A stretch of 64,000 nt of DNA, from contig NW_021833077.1 of the NCBI RefSeq assembly GCF_006345805.1, positions 1-64,000 on the forward strand, given 5' to 3'. The DNA comes from Octopus sinensis. Lineage: Eukaryota. Both the position numbers and the translations under genes were made by a program. Under the pieces are notes generated by a model. That model was not told where the DNA came from. It searched no databases and saw only the letters and a list, made by a program, of their open reading frames with translations. Positions 1-10,962 of this stretch are shown one piece after another; the first letter of the stretch is position 1, and the number at the start of each line of letters is the position of its first letter.

Positions 1-47
1 TGTGGTAGTAAGCAAGCTACTTACCACACAGCCAATCCTGTGCCTAT
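1..47 (-). mobile_element. SINE family A, 5' head (cut by window edge)
   Basis: Reverse complement of the family A head (ggcgcaggagtggctgtgtggtaagtagcttgc). Confidence 0.8.
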
Positions 48-168
48 AGCTTTTTTTTTTCAGAAGCTCCGAAAGTGGCGCGAGGATGTTATCTTTAGAA
101 TGGTTATATAACCTGAATGCTTGCAATGGAACGAACACTTCTAAAAGAATCCCAAGATCAGGTGGTGG

Positions 169-330
169 TGTGACGGACTAATTCTTCTTTTTTCTTTGTT
201 TTCTATAACTGCATCTGGACCATAGGGAACTAATAGAGATCGCCATTTGCCTCCATCTTTTCCAATGGATCATAGTTGCCCTCGAGTTTGGGATCCATCA
301 ATGCTTCAGTTTCTGTGAACCATTTCTATT
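169..330 (-). mobile_element. Old RTE-like LINE 3' fragment
   Basis: Minus strand reads GKDGGKWRSLLV, like the A-x-D-R-x-x-W-R motif at RTE C-termini. Related to 561-712; both carry gtgacggactaa. Confidence 0.3.
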
Positions 331-505
331 TTCATTATCTTTGCAGATTTGCCGTTTTGTCAGGAAGCAGTAGCAACGACTATAATAACCTTTTATTTTA
401 TTTTATTTTATTTTTGTTGGGGACCTCCAAACTGGAGGGACGATGATTTTTTTTCCTTTTATTTCCTGTTTTGAGATCGGTAATACAACATGAATACTTA
501 CAACA

Positions 506-554
506 GACTCCGCTAATGGAACCCTAGACTAGACGGGGTTCCATTAGCGGAGTC
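506..554. repeat. Perfect 19-bp inverted repeat (hairpin)
   Basis: gactccgctaatggaaccc (506-524) and gggttccattagcggagtc (536-554), 11-nt loop. Confidence 0.95.
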
Positions 555-560
555 ACATGG

Positions 561-712
561 TGACGGACTAAGTTTTCCGTTTAATCATTTAGCTCCATAT
601 TCAGCATAGAGCACCAATATGAGATTTCCACCTGTTCGATCTTTGGCAATGGATTTCAAGTTAGGTTTGCCGCACGTCAGTGCTTCAGTTTCCGAGTACC
701 TTTTCCATTATT
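561..712 (-). mobile_element. Old RTE-like LINE 3' fragment
   Basis: Minus strand, with one frameshift, reads IAKDR-RWKSHIGALC. Confidence 0.35.
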
Positions 713-803
713 AATTCAGTAGTGAATTAATCATGAAGCAAAAGGAGCACGTGCTTAAGACATCAAGGGAAGTCGAAGGAAGCACCACAGAAATTGTAAA
801 TGG

Positions 804-1097
804 TTTACTCTTTACTTCTTTACTCTTTACTTGCAGTCATTTGACTGCGGCCATGCTGGAGCACCACCTTTAGTCGAGCAAATCGACCCGGGACTTATTC
901 TTTGTAAGCCCAGTACTTATTCTATCGGTCTCTTTTGCCGAAACGCTAAGTGACGGGCACGTAAACACACCAGCATCGGTTGTCAAGCAATGCTAGGGGA
1001 CAAACACAGACACAGAAACACACACACATATATATTATATACATATATACGACAGGCTTCTTTCAGTTTCCGTCTACCAAATCCACTCACAAGGCAT
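804..1097 (-). mobile_element. SINE family A, 5'-truncated
   Basis: Matches the other family A copies from the tail to the aaatccactcacaagg segment. Confidence 0.85.
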
Positions 1098-1343
1098 TAA
1101 CACAAAAGATATAATTTTAAATTTGCTAAAAGAATACTCGAAGTGGTTTATATGATCGGAAATATAATTTCGAAATGTTCGTGGTGACATAGTAAGAGAG
1201 ACTTGAAAACTTTTCAAATATAAAGTGGAAGTGTACAAAAAAAAACACATTATTTTTCATCTTACTGCTAGTTTTGTTTTATATCTAAAAATAAAATTTA
1301 TTTTATGGTTTATTGTTGCTTATATTTTGAATTATATATATAT

Positions 1344-1630
1344 AGGCGCATGGCTCAGTGGTTAGAGCGTCGAGCTAACGGTGAAGGCGCATGACTCAGT
1401 GGTTAGAGCGTCGAGCTAACGGTGAAGGCGCATGGCTCAGTGGTTAGAGCGTCGAGCTAACGGTGAAGGCGCATGGCTCAGTGGTTAGAGCGTCGAGCTA
1501 ACGGTGAAGGCGCATGGCTCAGTGGTTAGAGCGTCGAGCTAACGGTGAAGGCGCATGGCTCAGTAGTTAGAGCGTCGAGCTAACGGTGAAGGCGCATGGC
1601 TCAGTGGTTAGAGCGTCGAGCTAACGGTGA
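1344..1630 (+). repeat. 7 x 41-bp tandem array of the SINE C 5' head
   Basis: Unit aggcgcatggctcagtggttagagcgtcgagctaacggtga starts at 1344, 1385, 1426, 1467, 1508, 1549 and 1590. Single variants in units 2 and 6. Confidence 0.95.
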
Positions 1631-1830
1631 AGGCGCATGGCTCAGTGGTTAGAGCGTCGAGCTTACGATCGCAAGGTTGTGAGTTCGAATCCCAGACCGG
1701 GCTGCGTTTTGTGTTCTTGAGCAAGATACTTTATTTCACGTTGCTCCAGTTCACTCAGCTGTAGAAATGAGTTGCAACGTCACAGGTGCCAAGCTATATC
1801 GGCCTTTGCCTTTCCGTTGGATAAGACTGG
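1631..1830 (+). mobile_element. SINE family C (tRNA head plus CORE-like domain)
   Basis: A box tggctcagtgg, B box gagttcgaatcc, then CORE-like tgtgttcttgagcaagatactttatttcacgttgctcc. Confidence 0.8.
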
Positions 1831-2376
1831 TGGCATATACAATAATCAGTTATCACTAATATTAAATATATGAGATGCATTCTGTTATTCACAATAGATA
1901 TAATATAGTATATATAATATATAAACAGATATTTTTGAATGTTATAAGGATATTAATTTTACAATCAATATATCAATATATCATAAAGTTATTACAGTTA
2001 TGCCAAAACGAATCTGCATGCACATGAGAAACGTATATATGTATATGCACACATACATATACGCACAAATATATATATACATATATATTTTTGCATTTAA
2101 ACATACTTATAGGTACATACGTATTATATGTTTTGGAATGTAGGATAATTCGCAGACTAATTTATATTTATATATAGAGAGAAACGTGCTATACTTTCTT
2201 CTCAGTTGTTTATTATTATTAAATGCAAATATGTATGTATATTTCAGTATATATATATAAGTATTTATGTATATCTATATATGTATGTATATTTATATCT
2301 ATATATATAAGTATTCAAATGTGTGTTTTTATTTATTTTATATTATATTTATTTATAACTTAACATTATGTACTTT

Positions 2377-2504
2377 ATAATCTTTGACGAAGCCTAGAGA
2401 TATACCAAGTACCTCATTTTCATCTACCTATTACTTCACTTCACTTGACTAATAAAGGTAGAATGAGATATTTTTACCTCTTGGCTGAAACAGCTGTAAG
2501 TTAT
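2377..2504 (+). ncRNA. Type I hammerhead-like motif, long stem II, degenerate core
   Basis: uUGACGA 2384-2390; stem II agcc/ggcu plus ctcat/atgag and tctacct/aggtaga; GAAAC-AGCU-GUA (cut after 2498); stem I ataa(t)ct/agttat. Confidence 0.5.
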
Positions 2505-2704
2505 TTTCCCAATTTATATTCATGTATGTTATTTTGTAATAATTACTGTTATCCTTATATATTACTATAGTTTATATCTTATATTTAAAGCATAATATGT
2601 TATATGTATGTATATTATTGTAATTGTCAGTTTAGTAAATAAATAAATTAATATAATATGATGTCTAAAAGTTGATCCCCTCCATTTTCTTATTGCTGTA
2701 TATA

Positions 2705-2781
<77 letters not shown>

Positions 2782-2982
2782 TAAATCAGAAAGATGATTA
2801 TTTCATGATCGGTAGATATGTGGATGGTTGCTAGCAATTGTGAGACAAATATAGAGAAAGATAGAGTTAGAGAGAGAGAGGGAAAGAGGGGAAGGAAAGA
2901 GAGAGGAACAGGCAGTGTTAGAAACAAACGAAAATATATCAATTTGGTGGTTCTCTCTCCCTCTCTATCTACCTACCTCTCA

Positions 2983-3018
<36 letters not shown>

Positions 3019-4234
3019 CTCTATCTATCTATCTGTCTATCTTTCTCTCCCTCCCTCCCTCCCTCTCTCACTCCCTCCCACCCTCTCGCTCTCCATCTCT
3101 CCCCCTCTCTTTTCCTCTCTCACAGCTCATGCTTGATTACCTATTTTGTTAGTATATGTGTACTTGCACCTAATTTGTGAGTACTCCTTTTGTCCTCCAA
3201 CTATGTACTCACTGACAGTGAGAGACACATCATTAATAAACATTGTACACGACTTGGTGATGAACAAACTTTACAACCAACCAATTATTATAATTTTTTT
3301 TACAAATATTTTTATTCCATATTTTTTTTTGTTCCCCTTTTGTTCAGAAACAAAATGGACAAAAGCTACGTACATCCCTTTATCAAGTTTACTTTAAACC
3401 AACACAGCAATTACTAAACCCTTCACACAGTTTACACAACACGGTGTTTGCTGAACGCGTCGATACACGAAAAATTTCTCTTCAAACAAAGATTGTTATA
3501 CTAAAAATAATGGCTTCTATTTTATTCTGTTTTACTAGTATTTGTTAAGCTTGTGGACATTGTGGTTTACGCTTCTGCTCTCAGACTCATTGGTGCTGTT
3601 TTTGTTGCAAGCAGCTTCAGAATATATTTATATACGTATGCATACATATACGTATCTCATATGTATGTACGTGAACATATATCCATGTGTATGTATGTGT
3701 GTGTATGAGTGTGTAAGTGTATGTGTGTGTGTAATGTAAGGTAAATATGCACATATTTTATTTATATGGTATTTTTTTCTTCGAGATTTAATAGTTCTGT
3801 TTGTTTATTACAGAAAAACACTGTACAGAGTGCCAATAATTTTTAATGAATTGTTGAATACTATAAGTAAACAAGTGCCTAGATTAAACGAACTGAGTTG
3901 TTTCGTTGTAGGTTTAGGATGTGCCTAGTTACTATATACATACATACATACATACATACATACATACATACATACATACATACGTACATGTATATATAAT
4001 TAATTATATATATATATAAATATATTATTAATTATATTATTAATTATTTGAATCAAGGTATTTTACTAAGGACACCAGGTTAGGGTCGAGGTTAGCATAT
4101 TTGTGTATATACCGTACACGGACACACAAGTATATATGAATGTATATGCTACACGTCCTAAGACTTACATAAACATACAAGTAAACCTTAACCGATTTGT
4201 GGTCTTTCTTTAAATATATATATATGTATATATA

Positions 4235-4653
4235 GGCGCAGGAGTGGCTGTGTGCTAAGTAGCTTGCTTACAACCCACATAGTTCTGGGTTCAGTCCCAC
4301 TGCGTAGCAACTTAGGCAAGTCTCTTCTACTATAGCCTCGGGCCGACCAAAGCCTTGTGAATGGATTTGATAGATGGAAACTGAAAAGAAGCCCGTCGTA
4401 TATATATGTATATATATACATGTGTGTGTGTGTGTGTATGTTTGTGTGTCTGTGTTTGTCCTCCCAACATCGCTTGACAACGGGTACTGGTGTGTTTACG
4501 TCCCTGTAACTGAGCGGTTCGGCAAAAGAGACCGGTAGAATAAGTTCTAGGCTTCCAAAGAATAAGTCCTGGGGGTCGATTTGCTCGACTAAAGGTGGTG
4601 CTCCAGCATGGCCGCAGTCAAATGACGGTAACAAATAAAAGAGTAGAGTAAAG
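4235..4653 (+). mobile_element. SINE family A, full length
   Basis: tRNA-like head (tggctgtgtgc, ggttcagtccc), internal (TA/TG)n, tail gactaaaggtggtgctccagcatggccgcagtc. Flanked by (TA)n. Confidence 0.9.
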
Positions 4654-5029
4654 ATATATATATATATATATATATATATATCTTATCTGTGTGTGTGTGT
4701 GTGTGTGTGCATGTGTGTGTGCGCACGCGTGTGTGTACAATCATATTGAACATATTGTACACTCGGTGATGGAGAGAAATTGTGCCGAGAAAAATATTAT
4801 CTTTGTAGATATTGTGTGTAAGAAACATCATTGGACTATGAACGGCGTCATCGAGCCGTACGAAGCATTCGTTCTTGTGTCGTTGGGCGTCGTCAGCTAC
4901 ATAAACCGAGTTGGCGTACATGACTACTAAGGAATTGTTTTCTTACATTAGAACAGCAAATATCAATGATGATGACGAAGATGAAGGTAGTTATTTTTCT
5001 CTGTCATCTACTACCGCCTCACCGTCCTG

Positions 5030-5209
5030 CCATGTCCCGGTTCGAATCCGACCAAAATGGAGCGCCTACTCTTCTGCTTTCTGTCAGACTTAGCCTTTTT
5101 CATCCTTTCGAGATCGATAAATTAAGTACCAACGAATCATTGGGGTTGATGTAATCGACTTGTCCCCTCCCACCAAATTCCAGGCCTTGTCCCTTTAGTA
5201 GAAAGGATT
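5030..5209 (+). mobile_element. SINE family B, old copy with alternative tail
   Basis: gccttttcatcctttcgagatcgataaattaagtacc core, tail ccaaattccaggccttgtccctttagtagaaagg. Confidence 0.7.
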
Positions 5210-6412
5210 TTTTTTCTCTCATTTTTGCTTCCATTTCCAATTTGTTTCCCGTCACATAGGGAAAAGAAACTCACTGTATACAGTGATGGCCATTAAGATA
5301 AACTCCACCAGGTTGTTTATTGACAAGATCAAATGAAGTAGTGCAGAAAAAAATAAACATTATTGACATGGGTGTAAGTCGTTACCACAACGACAATGCT
5401 TTTCTCAATAAATGTGATGTACCAGTTAAAACAAGATTTTACGTTTCTTGCAAGGAAGCTAAGCCAGAGATCATTCTTGGATAATTTTCAGTTCCTTTTT
5501 GGATCATTACTAGTGCTCCAACAATCACTGGTATTGTAACCGTCTTCAGATTACGCATCTTTTCAATTTTATGAGCAAGTATTTATATTTCTGGATATTG
5601 TAAAATTCTTTTGCTGAGATCAACTTCACTTTCCACGCGATAAGTATCGATAAAATAAGTCCCAGTTGAGCACTAGGGGCAACATAATCGACTTCTCTCT
5701 CCCCTAAATTCGCTAACCTTCTAATAAAATTAGAAAGTAAAGGGCTAAAAGCAGTTAGAAACGTTAAAGTTCTGGACAAAATGTTTTGCGGTCTTTTTTC
5801 TCAATCATTACATCTTTCATTCTCAAGGGTATATATACACAAAATTTAGAGGACTGACCACTAAAAGTGGACAGTCTATATGCTAAACATAGATGTCAAA
5901 TCGCCATTACCACGAAGAATGTGTTGTGAAGAAAAATCTCAGCAAAAAGCCAAAATGTAAAAATAAGCAAGACAAATGAAAATATAGGAAATAAAAAAAA
6001 CGATTACCTATGTACCATTGGTTTCACTTGTTAATATTTACGTATATGGACACGCAAACATCTGCAAGATCATAGTCTGTAGTTTACAAAACACAATTTC
6101 CAGAACTAGATACAGAACGCTCAACCGAAATTCAGTATGTATAAAGTTCTACAAATTATATTTAAGTGTATCTTTCTATATCTTCACTATATCTTAAGTG
6201 TATGTTCACTATATATACATTTTGAGCACTGGGTGTCAATGTAATCGACAATCTGCTCCCATTAAAAAAATTCAGGACTGCAGCCTATAGTAGAAGAAAT
6301 ATTATTAACCCTTTAGTTAACATATTTCTGTTGAGATGTGCTATCTTTGTCTCAATTAATTTTTAAAGTAATGAAGAATTTAGTAAAATAACTATCTAAT
6401 TATTGAGTTAAG

Positions 6413-6714
6413 CGATAAACGCCACCCTTTTCAAGGCTACCCAGGCTCATGGGCCCAGTTTCCCGGTTTCTTTGGCGTATGTGTTCCCCCCAGCTGGACG
6501 GGACGCCAGTCCATCGCAGCGTTACTCAAGAAACAGGAAGGGAAAGTGAGAGAAAATTGTGGCAAAAGAGTACAACAGGGTCGCCACCCCCCCTGCCGGA
6601 GCTTTTTAGGTGTTTTCACGCAATAAACACACGCAACACCCGGTCTGGGAATCGAAACCGTGATCCTACGTCCGCAAGTCCGCTGCCCTAACCACTGGGC
6701 CATTGCGCCTCCAC
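6413..6714 (-). mobile_element. SINE family C variant (C2)
   Basis: Minus-strand head gtggaggcgcaatggcccagtggttagggc. 15-bp TSD aattattga(g/a)ttaag at 6398-6412 and 6715-6729. Confidence 0.85.
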
Positions 6715-6842
6715 AATTATTGAATTAAGGCCAGAAAAAATTAAGCATAAAGTTTTAATGAAAGATTATGACTTAGACCACTTTAAAACAGTAAGTTTAT
6801 GTCATAGAACCAGGAGCGTTTCGGGTGGGTTGGTATCAAAAA

Positions 6843-7074
6843 GGTGGCGAGCTGGCAGAATCGTTAGCACGCCGGGCGAAATGCGTAGCCGTATTTCGTC
6901 TGCCGTTGCGTTCTGAGTTCAAATTCTGCCGAGGTCGACTTTACCTTTCATCCTTTCGGGATCGATAAATTAAATACCAGTTACGCACTGGGGTCGATAT
7001 AATCGACTTAATCCGTTTTTCTGTCCTTGTTTGTCCTCTCTGTGTTTAGATCCTTGTGGGAAATAAAAAAATAT
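6843..7074 (+). mobile_element. SINE family B, young monomer
   Basis: Head ggtggcgagctggcagaatcgttagc, B box gagttcaaattc, TSD gtatcaaaa(a)gg. Confidence 0.9.
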
Positions 7075-7085
7075 GTATCAAAAGG

Positions 7086-7215
7086 GGTAGCGAGCTGAAC
7101 AATCATTAGCGCATGGAACAAAATTATCTGCATTTCTTTTGGCTCTTTGGTTTCTGAGTTCAAATCTTTCCGAAGTCGATTTTGCTTTTCATCCTTTAGG
7201 GGGTTGTCTAATACC
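7086..7215 (+). mobile_element. SINE family B, old diverged copy
   Basis: ggtagcgagctg...ctgagttcaaatctttccgaagtcgattttgcttttcatcc. Confidence 0.7.
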
Positions 7216-7692
7216 AAAATCAAAAGGCATTACTTTCATTATTACACGTCAACGGCGATCTTGTTAAAATTTGCAATAACATTATCTCCTCTATATTTCC
7301 CAGGTTGACTGTATATCTCCTTCTCTCATCACTTTGATCCTGCCGGATCCGTTTTTCATGGACTTAGTGAAGAAACTACAGTCGAACCCGACTCAACGAA
7401 GGTTAATCTTCGTTGTCGTTTGACCATTTTCAAAATTCTCACCAAATACTCTTTAAATAGCATTCTGGTGCACTGAATCATGGCAATGGTAATCCTAAGT
7501 TAGGCAATACTTTTGTAAAACAAAATTTTTGTGTCTGGTGAGATTCATTCTGTTTTAATGCCCTATTAAATTAAGACACTCACCAGTTCAATTTCCATTC
7601 ATTTACTTATTAATTTTTTTTTCTAAAATTTCCGTTGCTTCTTTCAACCTCTTCAGTAGTCGTTAACTCTGTCCGTTATTGGGGTTCTTTTC

Positions 7693-7696
<4 letters not shown>

Positions 7697-7745
<49 letters not shown>
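7697..7745. repeat. (ATT)n microsatellite
   Basis: Visible trinucleotide run abutting the R4/Dong-like 3' end. Confidence 0.95.
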
Positions 7746-7748
<3 letters not shown>

Positions 7749-8048
7749 TAGTTTTATTTTTATAGCGTGCTTTCACTTCACTACCGAGCGCAGCTCTGTG
7801 TGCCTTGGGTATGTGCTGTGATTTGTTGTGATGCTCTGATGGTTATTGTATGGAAAGTGTTCTGCGTAGGATGTGTGCAGTGCCTAGTAGTGCAATTTTC
7901 TGTATGTTATATGTGTTTGTAAGTCCTGGTGTTTTTGTTATGTATTTGTCTGAATATTTTTTTATCATGCCTAATGCACCTACTATGATAGGAATTGTTT
8001 CTGTTTTCAGATTCCACATTCTAGTTACCTCTATTTCCAGGTCTTTGT
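7746..8048 (-). mobile_element. R4/Dong-type (RLE) non-LTR retrotransposon 3' end
   Basis: Minus frame 8048-7843 reads KDLEIEVTRMWNLKTETIPIIVGALG...QKIALLGTAHILRRTLSIQ*, the typical C-terminus after a restriction-like endonuclease. The 3' UTR runs into (TAA)n. Confidence 0.85.
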
Positions 8049-8188
8049 GGTAACTAGAATGTGGAATCTGAAAACAGAAACAATTCCTATCATAGTAGGT
8101 GCATTAGGCATGATAAAAAAATATTCAGACAAATACATAACAAAAACACCAGGACTTACAAACACATATAACATACAGAAAATTGCAC

Positions 8189-8190
<2 letters not shown>
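7888..8190. repeat. Perfect 142-bp fold-back inverted repeat
   Basis: Arms 7888-8029 and 8049-8190, 19-nt loop. Confidence 0.95.
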
Positions 8191-8251
<61 letters not shown>

Positions 8252-8270
8252 CATCATCATCATTATTATT

Positions 8271-8691
8271 CAGTGAGAGATCAGTGCATGCCATCAAAGT
8301 GACACTGCGGTAAAATATACGAAGCCCAGTATACCCATCATGACTACTCGTCTGATAAGGGCACACTAGGCACATGCATCACAACCATATGTGCGCGATG
8401 TAGTGATCTCATATCAAGATAAACAACACATGACTTTGCAGGTGGGGCCCAGTTAGAATTTTCTTTCTGGTCGAGTAGCCCATCCTCCTCAAAAGGTCTC
8501 TGAATAAGGGTTGTTCAAGGATGTAGAACTAAACACCCATGTTTCCAGAGGTGAAATATCCAAACCCCAAAGAATCCCTCTCAGCACACGGCTATGATAC
8601 TCCCCCACTACTTCTGCTTGTGATCAGAGATGCACATATCGTCAGCCAATAAGAGACATGGTCAACTGATTAGGGTCAAACAACTGACAAG
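8271..8691 (-). mobile_element. Unclassified repeat family D (shorter copy), flanked by (ATT)n
   Basis: Clearly homologous to 35659-36208; same left boundary, ends earlier on the right. Strand is inferred. Confidence 0.75.
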
Positions 8692-8749
<58 letters not shown>

Positions 8750-8751
8750 TT

Positions 8752-9001
8752 GTTTACTTTGAGAGAGTTATCGTTTATCTTTCACTGTGGCCATGGCTGA
8801 GGTACCGCCTTGGAGAATTTTAGTCGAACTTAATGCTTTTAGTACTTAATGCTTTTAGAGACTGACACTTTTTACGGTCTTTTTGGCCGAACCGCTTGAT
8901 TACGGGCACGTAAATATATCAACATCGGTTGTGAAACAGTGTCGGGAGAGAAACACAGACAAAAACACACACTGGCACACAAGTACACACACGCACACAC
9001 A

Positions 9002-9047
<46 letters not shown>

Positions 9048-9180
9048 TACATACATACATACATACATACACACACTCACAATGGTCTTCTTTTAGTTTC
9101 CCACTACCAAATCCACTCACAAGGCTTTGGTCAGCCCGAGGCTATAGTAGGAGACGCCACGCAGTAGGACTTAACCCGCA
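8752..9180 (-). mobile_element. SINE family A, diverged
   Basis: Family A body with internal (CA)n. Confidence 0.75.
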
Positions 9181-9197
9181 CCAGAGAGCGAGCGAGC

Positions 9198-9235
<38 letters not shown>

Positions 9236-9677
9236 GAGACAGAGAGACAGACAGAGAGACAGACAGACAGGCATGCATATATTACTTCTTTGTACTAATA
9301 TACATGCTAATAAACTAGAGTAATAAAAACTGGGATGAAATCCAACAGTAAAAGCTGGCTTGGCCGAGATAACAAAAAAAGAATGTACTTTATGAATGGC
9401 TGAATATAGGAATGAATGAAGGAATACGAGAAAGAGTTAAGGAATTAATTGCATTCCTCTGCGTTCAATCGGAATGATGTTTTTTTTTTGTTCCTTTCAT
9501 AGTGTAAATGTATGTTATTAAAAATAACACAACATTCAATCAACTTGACTTCGCTAATCTATAATTTGGAGTAATGAAAACAAATGAAACAGAAATATAT
9601 GTAATCAGGTTTATCATAAATATAAGAAAAAAAGAAATACAGAAAGCTAAAAAGAGGACAAAAATATTTCGATAATG

Positions 9678-9818
9678 TAGGCTTGGTTGTGTGGTAAGAG
9701 GTTCGCTTTCCAAACACATGATTTCGGGTTCAGTACCAACGCATGGTACGTTAGGCGTTTTCTGGTACATCACCGCCTTGTCAGTGGATTTGGCAGACGG
9801 AAACTGGAAGAATCCGCG
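9678..9818 (+). mobile_element. SINE family A head, diverged fragment
   Basis: ggttgtgtggtaag...gggttcagtacc...ggatttggcagacggaaactg. Confidence 0.7.
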
Positions 9819-9821
9819 TAC

Positions 9822-9902
<81 letters not shown>

Positions 9903-9948
9903 CATCCTATCTATCTATCTACACATATATATATATTAATATATATAT

Positions 9949-9979
<31 letters not shown>

Positions 9980-9993
9980 ATATAATATATATA

Positions 9994-10027
<34 letters not shown>

Positions 10028-10327
10028 ATAAAAATGGTAAATAATTCTCCTGTGGTTTTTCATGTAACCAACAATTATTTACCGGTAAATTTCGGTATGT
10101 AAATACGACAAATTTATTGTCAGGACCTTTGTAAGGTTCAGTATATAGTAAAGTAAATAAGATGGCTAGCAGCAGGCTGTTTCGCCTCATACCGAAGGAA
10201 TTAGAAATGGCAGTCAAAGACCGTTTTTTCCATTTTTCTATAAGTGGAGATTCCAAAACGAAGGCCCATGGGGCTCACATACACAAAACCGGAGAAGCAA
10301 ATAGACGAAAGCAGTCACTTACCGTTA

Positions 10328-10391
10328 ATAACGAACACGTGTTTCTGGATCACAAACATAGAAAAGTAGTTTGAATTCCGTCATCAGCGCT
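10328..10391 (-). ncRNA. Type I hammerhead motif (inverted copy)
   Basis: Reverse complement of 10690-10753; stem I shortened to about 4 bp. Confidence 0.55.
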
Positions 10392-10687
10392 TGAACCTTA
10401 CAAAGGTCCTGACAATAAATTTGTCGTATTTACATACCGAAATTTACCGGTAAATAATTGTTGGTTACATGAAAAACCACAGGAGAATTATTTACCATTT
10501 TTATTGCATTACCATGTGGATTCCTCATTCCATTACGATTACCCAGAAGGCGCGCATGGCAGAATTTTGGAGGGAAAATTTACGTTCCCAGTCGTTACTT
10601 AGTTTTAACATCTGCACACTTCCCCCCACTATCTGATGTCGCTGGGTCGGAAGTGAGGGCCAGTGGCATTTGGTAAAGCTATCGAAT

Positions 10688-10753
10688 ATAGCGCTGATGA
10701 CGGAATTCAAACTACTTTTCTATGTTTGTGATCCAGAAACACGTGTTCGTTAT
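10688..10753 (+). ncRNA. Type I hammerhead motif, intact CUGAUGA/GAAA core
   Basis: Stem I atagcg/cgttat; CUGAUGA 10694-10700; stem II gga..caaac/gtttg..tcc (C.A mismatch at its base); GAAAC-ACGU-GUU, cut after 10747. Confidence 0.7.
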
Positions 10754-10927
10754 TAACGGTAAGTGACTGCTTTCGTCTATTTGCTTCTCCAGTTTTGTGT
10801 ATGTGAGCCCCATGGGCCTTCGTTTTTGGAATCTCCACTTATAGAAAATGGAAAAAACGGTCTTTGACTGCCATTTCTAATTCCTTCGGCATGAGGCGAA
10901 ACAGCCTGCTGCTAGCCATCTTATTTA

Positions 10928-10961
<34 letters not shown>

Positions 10962-10962
<1 letters not shown>

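Larger units (their letters stand above)
6309..7086. mobile_element. Possible piggyBac-type MITE carrying nested SINE C and SINE B insertions
   Basis: Left TTAA (6305-6308) plus CCCTTT; right end AAAGGG (7081-7086). No TTAA on the right. Confidence 0.35.
10027..10930 (+). mobile_element. Hammerhead-bearing X-Y-X'-Z-Y' element (candidate non-autonomous Penelope-like / retrozyme-like)
   Basis: X 10027-10140 is the reverse complement of 10392-10505 (identical on reading). Y 10151-10391 is the reverse complement of 10690-10930 (2 substitutions, 2 indels). Flanked by (TA)n. Family assignment is inferred. Confidence 0.6.

Noticed and set aside
1344-1670. CRISPR-like regular repeat
   Set aside because: Contiguous tandem units with no unique spacers, eukaryotic context, and the unit is a SINE head.
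1631-1700. tRNA genes at SINE heads (also 6640-6714, 24912-24985, 54893-54965, 61883-61955)
   Set aside because: A and B boxes are present but they run into SINE bodies with TSDs; I could not build a full cloverleaf.
7385-7420. Short hairpin caacgaagg/tcttcgttg
   Set aside because: 9-bp stem with no ribozyme core or recurrence in the window.
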